Below are positions 46,092-54,250 of a stretch of DNA of 64,000 nt, in pieces. The stretch's first letter is position 1, and each line of letters begins with the position of its first letter. The notes beneath the pieces are model-generated. The model did no database searches and was not told where the DNA came from. It saw only the letters and a program-made list of their open reading frames with translations. This stretch comes from Bacillota bacterium (GTDB lineage Bacteria; Bacillota; SHA-98; UBA4971). The stretch spans positions 17,100 through 81,099 of the forward strand of contig JACIXY010000003.1 of NCBI GenBank assembly GCA_014360195.1, given 5' to 3'. Made by a program: the position numbers and the translations under genes.

Positions 46092-47074
46092 CTCCCGCAT
46101 CCCTCCCCTTGTGCGTCTGACACGTACAGGTCCGAAAAGGCGTCGTCAGGGTCGGGGTATGGGCTTTCCTCTGCGAAGCTGACTGCCTCAAGGATCTCCC
46201 GGCGCGCCGCGGCTTTGATCGCCTCCATCTCGGCGTCGGCGAGAACCCCTTCAGCCCGCAGCCGGTCCTCGAAGCGCAGGATGGGACATTTCGCTTTCCA
46301 CCTCTCGACCTCAGAGCGATCGCGGTACTTTTCGGGGTCTCCGACGAAGTGTCCCTTGATACGGTAGGTTTTCGCCTCCAGAAGGGTAGGCCCGCCTCCC
46401 CGCCGGGCCCGATCTATCGCCTCGCGGGCAGCCTCGTACACCGCGAGGACGTCGTTCCCGTCAACGGTCACGCCGGGGATGCCGTAGCCCACGGCACGGT
46501 CGGCCACGTCCCTCACGGACACGGAGTAAGCTGCGGGAGTCGTCGACGCGTACTGGTTGTGCTCGCAGACGAAGACGCACGGAAGCTGGAACACGCTCGC
46601 CATGTTCAGGGCCTCATGGAACGTGCCGCGGTTCGAGGCCCCATCGCCGAAAAAGCACACCGCCACCTGGCCTGAGCGCCTCATCTTCGCGGAAAGCGCC
46701 GCGCCGACGGCGATGTTGAACCCTCCTCCCACCACCCCATTCGCGCCGAGCATGCCTACAGAGAAATCGGCGATGTGCATGCTCCCGCCTTTGCCCTTGC
46801 AATATCCGGTGCTCTTTCCCAGGATCTCCGCCATCATCCGGCGCGGGCTCGCTCCCTTTGCGATGCAATGCCCATGGCCCCTGTGCGTGCTCACGATGTA
46901 ATCGGAGCGGTCAAGCGGGGCACACACGCCCGAAGCGACCGCCTCCTCACCAATGTACAGGTGGACGAACCCCGGAATCTTCCCGGCGAGGAAAAGCTCC
47001 TCCACCTTTTCCTCGAACGCCCTGATCCTCACCATCGTGGTATAAATATGGACAAGTGTGTCGCGGTCTGGCAA
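46088..47074 (-). CDS. 2-oxoacid (pyruvate/acetoin-type) dehydrogenase E1 alpha subunit (TPP-binding)
   Basis: IRAFEEKVEELFLAGKIPGFVHLYIGEEA, and the TPP motif GDGASNRGTFHEALN. The track ORF's 48-codon extension contains the sigma-54 promoter. TTG 47074 follows AGGAGGG by 6 nt. Confidence 0.9.
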   Translation of the reverse strand: MPDRDTLVHIYTTMVRIRAFEEKVEELFLAGKIPGFVHLYIGEEAVASGVCAPLDRSDYIVSTHRGHGHCIAKGASPRRMMAEILGKSTGYCKGKGGSMHIADFSVGMLGANGVVGGGFNIAVGAALSAKMRRSGQVAVCFFGDGASNRGTFHEALNMASVFQLPCVFVCEHNQYASTTPAAYSVSVRDVADRAVGYGIPGVTVDGNDVLAVYEAAREAIDRARRGGGPTLLEAKTYRIKGHFVGDPEKYRDRSEVERWKAKCPILRFEDRLRAEGVLADAEMEAIKAAARREILEAVSFAEESPYPDPDDAFSDLYVSDAQGEGCGR

Positions 47075-47145
47075 CTTGCTCCCTCCTGTCGTCAACTCTC
47101 CTCTCGCCGGGCTCGTGGGATCGTGCCGGCTCACGCAACGGTCAG

Positions 47146-47161
47146 TGCAAGATCTTTGCCA
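47146..47161 (-). promoter_or_regulatory. Sigma-54 (-24/-12) promoter of the E1alpha-E1beta-TRAP-E2 operon
   Basis: Minus strand reads TGGCAAAGATCTTGCA (GG and GC at consensus spacing), about 70 nt upstream of the TTG start and immediately downstream of the sigma-54 activator gene. Confidence 0.7.
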
Positions 47162-47267
47162 GCCGCTCCCGCGCCGAAAGATGGCGGAAACACCGCACCG
47201 CATCTGGGATTGACGCACTAAAGAAGGAGCGAGGTGGAACCTCGCCCCTTCATGCCATGTTCACATT

Positions 47268-47348
47268 CAGGACAGCGCGCGCCATCTTCCGTGCAGGATC
47301 GCCAGGTCTGCGCCTGTCCTGATTCTGCACACTGTCCTGGATCAGGAC
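47268..47348. promoter_or_regulatory. Candidate enhancer sites for the AcoR-like activator (CAGGACAG / CTGTCCTG motif, four occurrences)
   Basis: CAGGACAG at 47268-47275, CTGTCCTG at 47314-47321 and 47332-47339, and the palindrome GTCCTG-GAT-CAGGAC at 47334-47348. They lie 107-190 nt upstream of the -24 element. Confidence 0.35.
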
Positions 47349-49393
47349 GCCCCCGCAGTCTCGAGTCCGGTCGCCCCTGTCGAGCCACCCGCAGCAATGC
47401 CGAACTTCCTCATCTTGCAGTAAAGGGTATTCCTGCTGATACCGAGGACCTTCGCCGCGCGAGACACGTTCCCACCGGAGGCTGCGAGCGCCGCCGCGAT
47501 GGCGTGCCGTTCGGCCTCAGCAAGCGACCACACCTCCGCCTCCGCAGCTGAGCTCGGGAGCGCCTGAGGCTGCGCACCCTGACGTACGCCATGTCGCTGT
47601 CTCAGGTAACCGGGCAGATGCTCAACATCCACGGTATCGCCCGGAACAACTGCGAGCGCCCTCTCGACGACGTTCTCGAGCTCGCGCACGTTGCCGGGCC
47701 AATCATGCCTGATGAGCACATTCATGACCTGCGGGGTTACCTCCACCGACTCCTTGCCCAGTTTCCGCCCGACCTTCTTGAGGAAGTGCCGGACAAGGAT
47801 GGGAATGTCGCTCTTCCTCTCCCTGAGCGGGGGGACGGTGATGGTGAACACGTTGAGACGGTAGTACAGGTCCTGCCTGAAGTTGCCGTCGGCCACGTCG
47901 CGGGCGAGATCCCTGTTGCTCGCGGCTATGACCCTGGCGTCAACCGGCAGCACGACATCCCCGCCCACCCGGGTGATGCGCCGCTCCTGAAGCACGCGCA
48001 GGAGCTTGGCCTGCACGTCGAGGGACATCTCGCCTATCTCGTCCAGGAGAAGCGTCCCGCCTGAGGCAAGCTCGAACTTGCCCGGGTGCCCGGACGCCCT
48101 CGCCCCGGTGAAGGCCCCTTTCTCGTAGCCGAAAAGCTCGCTCTCGACAAGCTCGCGGGGTATGGCCGCACAGTTGATGGCCACAAACGGGCCGTCTTTC
48201 ACCGCGCTCGCATTGTGGATGGCCTGCGCGAACATTTCCTTGCCAGTGCCGCTTTCCCCCTGGATGAGCACGTTCGAGGAGGTCTTTGCGGCCATCTCCG
48301 CAAGCCGTCTGGCCTCACGCATGGTAGGGGCATCCCCGATGATGTCGTCGAACGTGAAGTTTGCGAAGGCCCCGACCATGTAATGGACGAGCCGACGCAC
48401 CCTGCGGATCTCCCTGAACACGTCCACGACCCCGGTAAGCTCGCCGCGCTCATCGCGAATGGGGACCGCCGACTTTATGAAGTGAAGAGCACCGCGCTTG
48501 CTGTTCACCACGAACTCACGATCGATATATCCTTCGCCCGTCTTGATCACATTCAGCACGACGGGACGGAAGTCCACGATGTCGCTCACATGCTGCCCCA
48601 CGACGGCCTTATGGTCAACCCCGAGTATCCTGCCGCCCGCCGAGTTCATGTAGGTCACGTACCCCTCAGCATCAACGGTGAGGAGCCCGTCGGAGATGTG
48701 CTCAACTATCGCGGCCTGATACTTGGAGGCAAGCGCGAGGTCAGCAAGGGCCTTCTCCACCCCGAGCTGGTTTTCGATGGCCCTCGCCGTGGCAACCACC
48801 ATTCCCAGCGTGTGACGGTGCGGCTTCGCGCCGAGCCCTGAGACATTGAGAGCGCCTATGACGCCTCCGGCCGGGTCCCGTATGGGCGCTGCGGAGCAGG
48901 TCCACGCCCTGTGAACTCGGCAGAAATGCTCTGCCCCGGCCACTTGGGCAGGGCGCCCGCTGGCAAGCGCGATCCCGATGGCAGTGGTGCCGACCAGCTT
49001 CTCCGTCCACCTGACGCCAGGCACGAAATTCACGCTCCGGGCCGATTCCAGCACGCCTGGGTCGCCGGTGGCGGAAAGCACATACCCGTCGGCATCCACG
49101 AGCACTATCACGTAGCCCGAGCCTGCGACGAGCTCATAGAGGCTGGACATGAGCGGCTCGGCCACCTTCAGGAGCCGCGAGCTTGCAGCCCTTCTCTCCG
49201 CAAGCTCCTCGGGCGACAGCACGACGGTGCTCATGCCGCCTTCCGGGTCGACTCCGAGGGCGCGGCAGCGCTCCCAGGAAGCTGCGATCAGGTCACGAGC
49301 GCCCGGGGGTTCCGGTCGCACGGGCCCGAACCAGCGCGCGTCCAGGTCCCGTTCCACGCCGGACTCGTCAGGCTTCAGGTTGAGCGCCGACAT
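47342..49393 (-). CDS. Sigma-54-dependent transcriptional activator (AcoR-like: GAF + PAS + AAA+ + Fis-type HTH)
   Basis: [29 protein letters not shown], and a C-terminal HTH ([25 protein letters not shown]). ATG 49393 follows GGAGGGGG by 7 nt. Confidence 0.9.
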   Translation of the reverse strand: MSALNLKPDESGVERDLDARWFGPVRPEPPGARDLIAASWERCRALGVDPEGGMSTVVLSPEELAERRAASSRLLKVAEPLMSSLYELVAGSGYVIVLVDADGYVLSATGDPGVLESARSVNFVPGVRWTEKLVGTTAIGIALASGRPAQVAGAEHFCRVHRAWTCSAAPIRDPAGGVIGALNVSGLGAKPHRHTLGMVVATARAIENQLGVEKALADLALASKYQAAIVEHISDGLLTVDAEGYVTYMNSAGGRILGVDHKAVVGQHVSDIVDFRPVVLNVIKTGEGYIDREFVVNSKRGALHFIKSAVPIRDERGELTGVVDVFREIRRVRRLVHYMVGAFANFTFDDIIGDAPTMREARRLAEMAAKTSSNVLIQGESGTGKEMFAQAIHNASAVKDGPFVAINCAAIPRELVESELFGYEKGAFTGARASGHPGKFELASGGTLLLDEIGEMSLDVQAKLLRVLQERRITRVGGDVVLPVDARVIAASNRDLARDVADGNFRQDLYYRLNVFTITVPPLRERKSDIPILVRHFLKKVGRKLGKESVEVTPQVMNVLIRHDWPGNVRELENVVERALAVVPGDTVDVEHLPGYLRQRHGVRQGAQPQALPSSAAEAEVWSLAEAERHAIAAALAASGGNVSRAAKVLGISRNTLYCKMRKFGIAAGGSTGATGLETAGAS

Positions 49394-49448
49394 ACTGAAA
49401 CCCCCTCCGCAATCGCATGTTCGCCACAAGGCACCGCAAGACGCAGGC

Positions 49449-49955
49449 TCACTTCCGCCCGCCGAGGCCACTTGCCAGCAAAACGATGCCGGCGATGACG
49501 AGGGCGACGGGCCACAGCGCGCCGAGATTCAGCCAGGGCCAGAAATTCCGGGCGAGGAAAAGCGCCCCCACGCACACAAGGGCGATACCTATGATCCTTG
49601 CGCCGCTGTCATCTCGACGTGCGCGGCCTGTCCCCGTCGGGGCCCCCTCGCCCGGTGGGGGGCTGGCAGGCTGCGCTTCTCCCTTCAGTCTGGCCTCCAC
49701 CTCTTTCGCCCTGTCTATGACTTCCTGCCGGATACCTTCGGTTTTCTCGAACCTCTCGCTCGACTCCGCGTACGGGTTCGCCGGGATGATTATCCAGGCA
49801 ATGATGTACGCGAGCACGCCGATGCCGTCGGCGAGCGCAAGAAGTACCCACAGTATCCTCACGATCGTGGGGTCGATGTCGAAGTACTCGGCGATCCCCC
49901 CAGCAACGCCCCCGATTACGCACTCACTTTTCGAACGATAGAGCCGTTTCGCCAC
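49449..49955 (-). CDS. PspC-domain membrane protein
   Basis: KRLYRSKSECVIGGVAGGIAEYFDIDPTIVRILWVL is the PspC domain. GTG 49955 follows GAGGAG by 7 nt. Confidence 0.8.
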   Translation of the reverse strand: MAKRLYRSKSECVIGGVAGGIAEYFDIDPTIVRILWVLLALADGIGVLAYIIAWIIIPANPYAESSERFEKTEGIRQEVIDRAKEVEARLKGEAQPASPPPGEGAPTGTGRARRDDSGARIIGIALVCVGALFLARNFWPWLNLGALWPVALVIAGIVLLASGLGGRK

Positions 49956-49976
49956 CGGATTCACTCCTCACAGCGG

Positions 49977-50087
49977 CTACTTCTTCGTGCCGCAGGACCG
50001 AGTGCCTTTCTTCTTGGTGTCCTTCTCAGCCTCTTGCTTTGGCGCCGCCGGCTTCTTGGAGTCGCCGCACCCGCAGGACTCGCACAT
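49977..50087 (-). CDS. Candidate 36-aa Cys/Lys-rich small protein (unannotated sORF)
   Basis: MCESCGCGDSKKPAAPKQEAEKDTKKKGTRSCGTKK. The ATG follows GGGGGTGAAGAAGG. The stop lies a few nt before the pspC SD. Below the 60-aa ORF-track cut-off. Confidence 0.4.
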   Translation of the reverse strand: MCESCGCGDSKKPAAPKQEAEKDTKKKGTRSCGTKK

Positions 50088-50329
50088 CCTTCTTCACCCC
50101 CTCTCTCTCCTCATGATACCTCGTCACGACGCGGAGTCGGAAGCGCTCTTGCCGCATTGTTCGCTTATACATTCGCAATGTGGCCCCGCGATTCCTTCTG
50201 GGACACGGGAAGGTTCGACAGGACCTTGCAGCAAAAGGATATTCGTCGAGGCCCCCTGCTTGGGGCTCCGTTCCCGGAGTGCAACATCGCGAGCCGCTGG
50301 AAAGGCGGCAGCGATCTCGGAACACACAC

Positions 50330-51046
50330 TTAGAACGGGCCGCGTTCCATGAAGTCCACAAGTTCTTCGAAAGTCCCCCGGAAGTCAGGGTGGTTCTGCG
50401 CCCGGCCTCGATCGAGGAGGAAATCCTCCACGAGGTACGTTTTCATCCCTAGCGTGCCCGCGATGATGTCCTCCTCGACATCGTTGCCCACCATGAAGCA
50501 CTCCTCGGGCGTGCGACCGATGAGCGCAAGGACCTCCTCATAGTACTCGCGGTTGGGCTTGCAAAAGTGCATGGTCTCGTACGATGTCACAAGCCGGTAT
50601 GGAAGCCCTTCCAGACCTCCCCACCTCATCCGTTCTTCGATGGCGATGAGGGGGAACACAGGGTTCGTGGCTATGACGACCTCAAGACCCCTGGAGATGA
50701 GGCGCTCGATCATCCGCCGGGCGGCAGGATGTGCACGTATGCCCAGTCGATCCTTGATCTGTGGGAAATCGCTCCGGTAGAAATCGTCGAACACCGGCAT
50801 GAGCACGTCCTCGGGTATCCCTATGGCAGGGAAGAAATCCTCGGCGAACACCTCCCGGTTGGTTTTGCGCGGGTCCAGGTTTCGCACCATGGCATCGGTA
50901 GACTTCATGACCTGCCTCACAAGGAGCCCCGGCTCGACCATGTTCGCCAGTTTCGCACCGAGGGTTACCAGGTACTCCTTGACGAATGTATCGAAGTCGT
51001 AGTGAACTAAAGTACCGTCGAGGTCGAAGAGTATCGCCCGGATCAC
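50330..51046 (-). CDS. HAD-superfamily hydrolase
   Basis: ILFDLDGTLV (motif I), VIATN (motif II region), and VGNDVEEDI (motif IV-like). Confidence 0.85.
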   Translation of the reverse strand: MIRAILFDLDGTLVHYDFDTFVKEYLVTLGAKLANMVEPGLLVRQVMKSTDAMVRNLDPRKTNREVFAEDFFPAIGIPEDVLMPVFDDFYRSDFPQIKDRLGIRAHPAARRMIERLISRGLEVVIATNPVFPLIAIEERMRWGGLEGLPYRLVTSYETMHFCKPNREYYEEVLALIGRTPEECFMVGNDVEEDIIAGTLGMKTYLVEDFLLDRGRAQNHPDFRGTFEELVDFMERGPF

Positions 51047-51126
51047 ATTATCACCCCACGTGATTTCGAAACGCTGCCGCTAGAGTAGGCTGGCACGGGC
51101 AGCCATCACCCCTTCCGGCCGGTCAC

Positions 51127-51338
51127 CTAAGTAGACCGCCACAAGCAATCGCCGGTTTCAGAGAGCACACGTGCCGCGCAGGGTTGCCGGTGTTGCACTC
51201 GGGGACGGCGCCTCAAGCGGGGCGCGCTTCGCCAAAATCCGGCCCGTCTGGCTAGGCAGCCGGATTCTGACACCCCTCGTGCAATCACCGGCAACCCAAG
51301 ACTCGGAAAACGGAGAAAACTGATGACCTCATACTTAG
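51127..51338 (+). repeat. R8: long form with degenerate ends
   Basis: Ends are CTAAGTAGACCGCC ... GACCTCATACTTAG. The core plus apical module aligns with R4 and R10 (GGTTGCCGGTGTTGCACTCGGGGACGGCGCCTCAAGCGGGGCGCGCTTCGCCAAAATCCGG...). Confidence 0.85.
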
Positions 51339-51515
51339 ACACATTCAGTCCCCCCGTCTCCTGGCACCATGGAAGGATTACGAGGAGCTTCCGTCGAAAG
51401 AACCTTAAGATACATCTCCACCCACTCGGGTCCGCGTGAGGACCACCACCGGCAGTAAGCCCCACGGCAAACGGCCGGTAGACAGGGACCGGGTGCAGCG
51501 AAAGGAGCGCCTCTC

Positions 51516-51710
51516 ATGGAGTGTAACGTCAAAAGCAACATCGAGACCTGCACGTGCACTTACGAGCCCTGCCACCGCAAGGGGAAGTGCTGCGAGTGCA
51601 TAGCGTTCCACAGGGCCAGCGGGGAGTTGCCGGGATGCCTTTTCCCGCCTTCTGCCGAGCGGACGTACGATAGAAGCATCAGGCGGTTCATCGCGTGTCA
51701 CTCTCGCTAG
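51516..51710 (+). CDS. Small Cys-rich protein (DUF6485-like)
   Basis: [44 protein letters not shown]...[10 protein letters not shown]. From memory this resembles the DUF6485 family; not verified. AAAGGAG lies upstream of the ATG. Confidence 0.7.
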   Translation: MECNVKSNIETCTCTYEPCHRKGKCCECIAFHRASGELPGCLFPPSAERTYDRSIRRFIACHSR

Positions 51711-51761
51711 CGCCTGCCCCGCGGCAGAGGCGACAGCCCGCACGGCGAGAAGGGTCGAGGC

Positions 51762-52040
51762 ATGCCCCACTTCTACTCTGAGCCGATAGACGTCATATTC
51801 CATTCCCACCCGGGCCCGCCTGCGGCCTTCATCTGGCGCGGCGAAGAGCACCGGATAGCCTCCGTCGAGGCCGCGTGGCAGGACCATGGCGTCGGCACCG
51901 TGAGCCCGAAGCATGCCAACTGGCGCCTGCGCCGCCACCGCAATTACTACCGCGTTCGGACGGATGACGGGAGGGTCTTCGAATTCTACCTGGACCGGGG
52001 CGGCGGCAGGCGCAGGTGGGTGCTTTACCGGGAGCTGTAG
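51762..52040 (+). CDS. Small conserved hypothetical protein (DUF6504-like)
   Basis: 92 aa (…FIWRGEEHRI.SVEAAWQDH…NYYRVRTDDGRVFEFYLDR…RWVLYREL), 51 nt downstream of the previous gene. The family assignment is from memory only. Confidence 0.6.
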   Translation: MPHFYSEPIDVIFHSHPGPPAAFIWRGEEHRIASVEAAWQDHGVGTVSPKHANWRLRRHRNYYRVRTDDGRVFEFYLDRGGGRRRWVLYREL

Positions 52041-52195
52041 GCTCAACTCCGCCCGTCGGGAGGACCTCGCCGCCGGCCAGGTCGGACCACTACCCACGGA
52101 GGCTGTCACTGCCCGTCTCACAGCTTCATGGTAGCCGGGGCACCACCTTCAGGCACCCTAACGCCCGGTCAGGCAGGCCGACCGGGGAGGGACTC

Positions 52196-53068
52196 TCACC
52201 CCGCTACCTGCGCTCCACCCGTGCGCCTCGCAACCTCGGCAGAGTATGCTGACGCAAGCGCTCGTGTCACCGGGCCCGGCTTCCCATCTCCCACCGGCCG
52301 GCCGTCCACCTTCACGCACGGCACGACCTCCAGCGTGGTGCTGGTTATAAACACCTCGTCAGCTCCGGCCAGGAAACCCGGCGCAAAGAAATCTTCCACT
52401 ATCAACATACCCTTCTCGCGCGCAAGCCGCAACACAATGGACCTCGTTATGCCTGAAAGGATTCGCGGCCCCTCGGGAGCTGTATGTATCGTGCCGTCCT
52501 TCACGACGAACACGTTTGTACTGGCCCCTTCCGTAACATAGGCCCCGTCCCTTATCATGATGGCTTCCAGCGCACCGGCCCGCCTCGCCTTCTCTTTCGC
52601 GATGACATTGGGCAGAAGATCCGTGGACTTGATGTCGCACCGCAGCCATCGCTCGTCCGGAACGGTTATGACCGGAACCCCTAGAGCGGTGCGGTCGCGC
52701 GGGGCCGGCTTCGCGGGCCGGACCGTGATGACAAGGGTGGGCTTCACCGTCTCCGGAAACGCGTGGTTACGAGGGGCCCATCCCCGGGTGACTTGCATGT
52801 AGAGGACCGCTTCAGAGATTCCGCTTCTATGGAGGGCCTCGACCGCAAGCTCCCCGAGCCGGCGCGCATCTTCGGGCAGCGGCAGTTCGATGCCGGCCGC
52901 GCTTCTTTCCAGCCTGCCAAGGTGCTCCTCGAGCGCGAACGGCGTGCCGCGGTAACACCTCACGACCTCGTATACGCCATCTCCAAACTGAAACCCGCGG
53001 TCTTCGACGGACACGCGCGCCTCCGATAGCCCCATAAACTCCCCGTCCACGTATGCGATTTCCGGCAT
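52196..53068 (-). CDS. dat: D-amino-acid (D-alanine) aminotransferase, fold-type IV PLP enzyme
   Basis: Collinear with my memory of Bacillus Dat: EDRGFQFGDGVYEVVR, VTRGWAPRNH, RWLRCDIKSTDLLPNV, TEGASTNVF, and ILSGITR. ATG 53068 is preferred over the track start at 53143. Confidence 0.9.
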   Translation of the reverse strand: MPEIAYVDGEFMGLSEARVSVEDRGFQFGDGVYEVVRCYRGTPFALEEHLGRLERSAAGIELPLPEDARRLGELAVEALHRSGISEAVLYMQVTRGWAPRNHAFPETVKPTLVITVRPAKPAPRDRTALGVPVITVPDERWLRCDIKSTDLLPNVIAKEKARRAGALEAIMIRDGAYVTEGASTNVFVVKDGTIHTAPEGPRILSGITRSIVLRLAREKGMLIVEDFFAPGFLAGADEVFITSTTLEVVPCVKVDGRPVGDGKPGPVTRALASAYSAEVARRTGGAQVAG

Positions 53069-53165
53069 GTGAGCAACTCGCCCCCTCACTAGCTTCGTCC
53101 TAACCGTCTCCTTCTTTCTCCACAACCTGAGAAATCCCTCCATACTCAGACATGAGATTCAGACC

Positions 53166-53289
53166 CTAAGTGAGGATTTGTTGGCTCCTCCCGGTACACC
53201 AATATCTGGTGGGTTGCCGGTATTGCGCTCTCTGTTTGACTTACCGGCGACCACTCCCAAAGTCGGGAGCATTTCTGCATCCGCGATTA
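53166..53289 (+). repeat. R9: short form, diverged ends
   Basis: Ends are CTAAGTGAGGATTTG ... CTGCATCCGCGATTAG. Core is GGTTGCCGGTA-ttgcgctctctgtttgact-TACCGGCGACC. Confidence 0.85.
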
Positions 53290-53374
53290 GAGCACCGCGG
53301 CGCCACGCCCCTTGCCCGCGACACTCATAAAACCGCGCGAACATGAGGAAACTACACGTGTCACGGAAAGCTGA

Positions 53375-53746
53375 GTGGCGGCGATGAAGGACATACGTGA
53401 CCTGGAGCGCACAATCGTGAGGCGGGCGACGATAGTCCTTGCCGTGGCGGCGCCCCTCCTGGCAGCAGCCGGGCTTCATCGTGTCGCCTTCGGCGGCCTC
53501 GCCGGGACGGCCTTCGGCCTCGCCAGCTTCCACCTCCTGGGCGCCGCCATCACGGCCGCCGTGACGGCGGGGCCCATACACGCGCCGGCGCAGGCGGGCC
53601 TCAAGTATCTGGCAAGGTACGCCCTGACAGCACTGGTCCTGTACGCCGCGCTGCGCAGCGATGCCGGATTGTTCCTGGGAACAGTAGCCGGCATGATCAT
53701 GGTGAAGTTCATCATTCTGCTGACGGGCATCCTGGGGCCACTTTGA
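53375..53746 (+). CDS. atpI: ATP synthase protein I (AtpI-like small membrane protein)
   Basis: 123-aa hydrophobic protein with AtpI-like helices (LKYLARYALTALVLYAAL; MIMVKFIILLTGIL), upstream of atpB. Confidence 0.65.
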   Translation: MAAMKDIRDLERTIVRRATIVLAVAAPLLAAAGLHRVAFGGLAGTAFGLASFHLLGAAITAAVTAGPIHAPAQAGLKYLARYALTALVLYAALRSDAGLFLGTVAGMIMVKFIILLTGILGPL

Positions 53747-53985
53747 GCGGCTGGTCACGGGTCCACCGTCCAGCTCAGTCCGTGAAGGTTGATACTATGA
53801 GTGGGTTCCCGAATCGCCGCGAGGGCCACGTACCACGTGCCAGCCCCCGGTCGCCGGCACCAAATGAAGGTGCGCCAGACTGTTGACCTTTCCCACATCA
53901 TGGCAACGCAACTCGGTTGAGTCGCCCCACAGCCGTCGCCGTGCTCGACCAAACTGGCAGCTGCTGGCGAAGTTCAACAGTCTCG

Positions 53986-54173
53986 TGCGTTAGTTCTCGT
54001 CCCTTCTCCAGTGGTTGCCGGGTTGCCGGTGTTGCACTCGGGGGCGGCGCCCCAGGCGGGGCGCGCTTCGCCAAGAGCCGGCCCATCGGGCCGGCGGCCG
54101 GATCTTGGCACCCCTCGTGCAACCACCGGTAACCCCTCCCGAAGGTCGGCAGCACTTCTGCACCCTCACTTAG
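53986..54173 (+). repeat. R10: long form, left terminal repeat missing
   Basis: Starts at GTGCGTTAGTTCTCGTCCCTTCTCCAGTGG, so the CTAAGTGAGG end is absent. Right end is CTGCACCCTCACTTAG. Lies in the atpI-atpB spacer. Confidence 0.9.
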
Positions 54174-54250
54174 GGAATTGGGGACGCCCCACAGGAGGCC
54201 AGGCACCCGCACCCGAGAAGCGGGGCCAGTAGAGGAGGCAATGACAGCGG

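Noticed and set aside
47075-47218. 48-codon N-terminal extension of the E1 alpha ORF
   Set aside because: It contains the sigma-54 -24/-12 element. The family-typical N-terminus begins at TTG 47074, which has a strong SD.
50321-50336. CACACTTAG at the HAD-hydrolase stop, considered as an eleventh, vestigial repeat terminus
   Set aside because: Only 7 nt (CACTTAG) match. There is no adjacent arm or hairpin similarity, so this is compatible with chance.
51440-51515. Possible mini-ykkC/guanidine-type riboswitch (two ACGG motifs, cccACGGcaaACGGccgg) or a ZTP-like leader upstream of the Cys-rich gene
   Set aside because: The ACGG motifs are only 3 nt apart and are not presented in two separate stem-loops. 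No match to the ZTP pseudoknot consensus could be traced.
51405-52121. 238-aa minus-strand ORF spanning the DUF6485-like and DUF6504-like genes
   Set aside because: It lies antisense to two compact plus-strand genes that have SDs and recognisable conserved-protein character. Its Arg/Ala/Pro-rich composition is typical of shadow ORFs in high-GC DNA.
778-54173. The possibility that the recurring repeats form a CRISPR array
   Set aside because: The copies are kilobases apart in separate intergenic regions, occur in both orientations, are 125-210 bp long with terminal inverted repeats, and have no regular spacer structure or cas genes.
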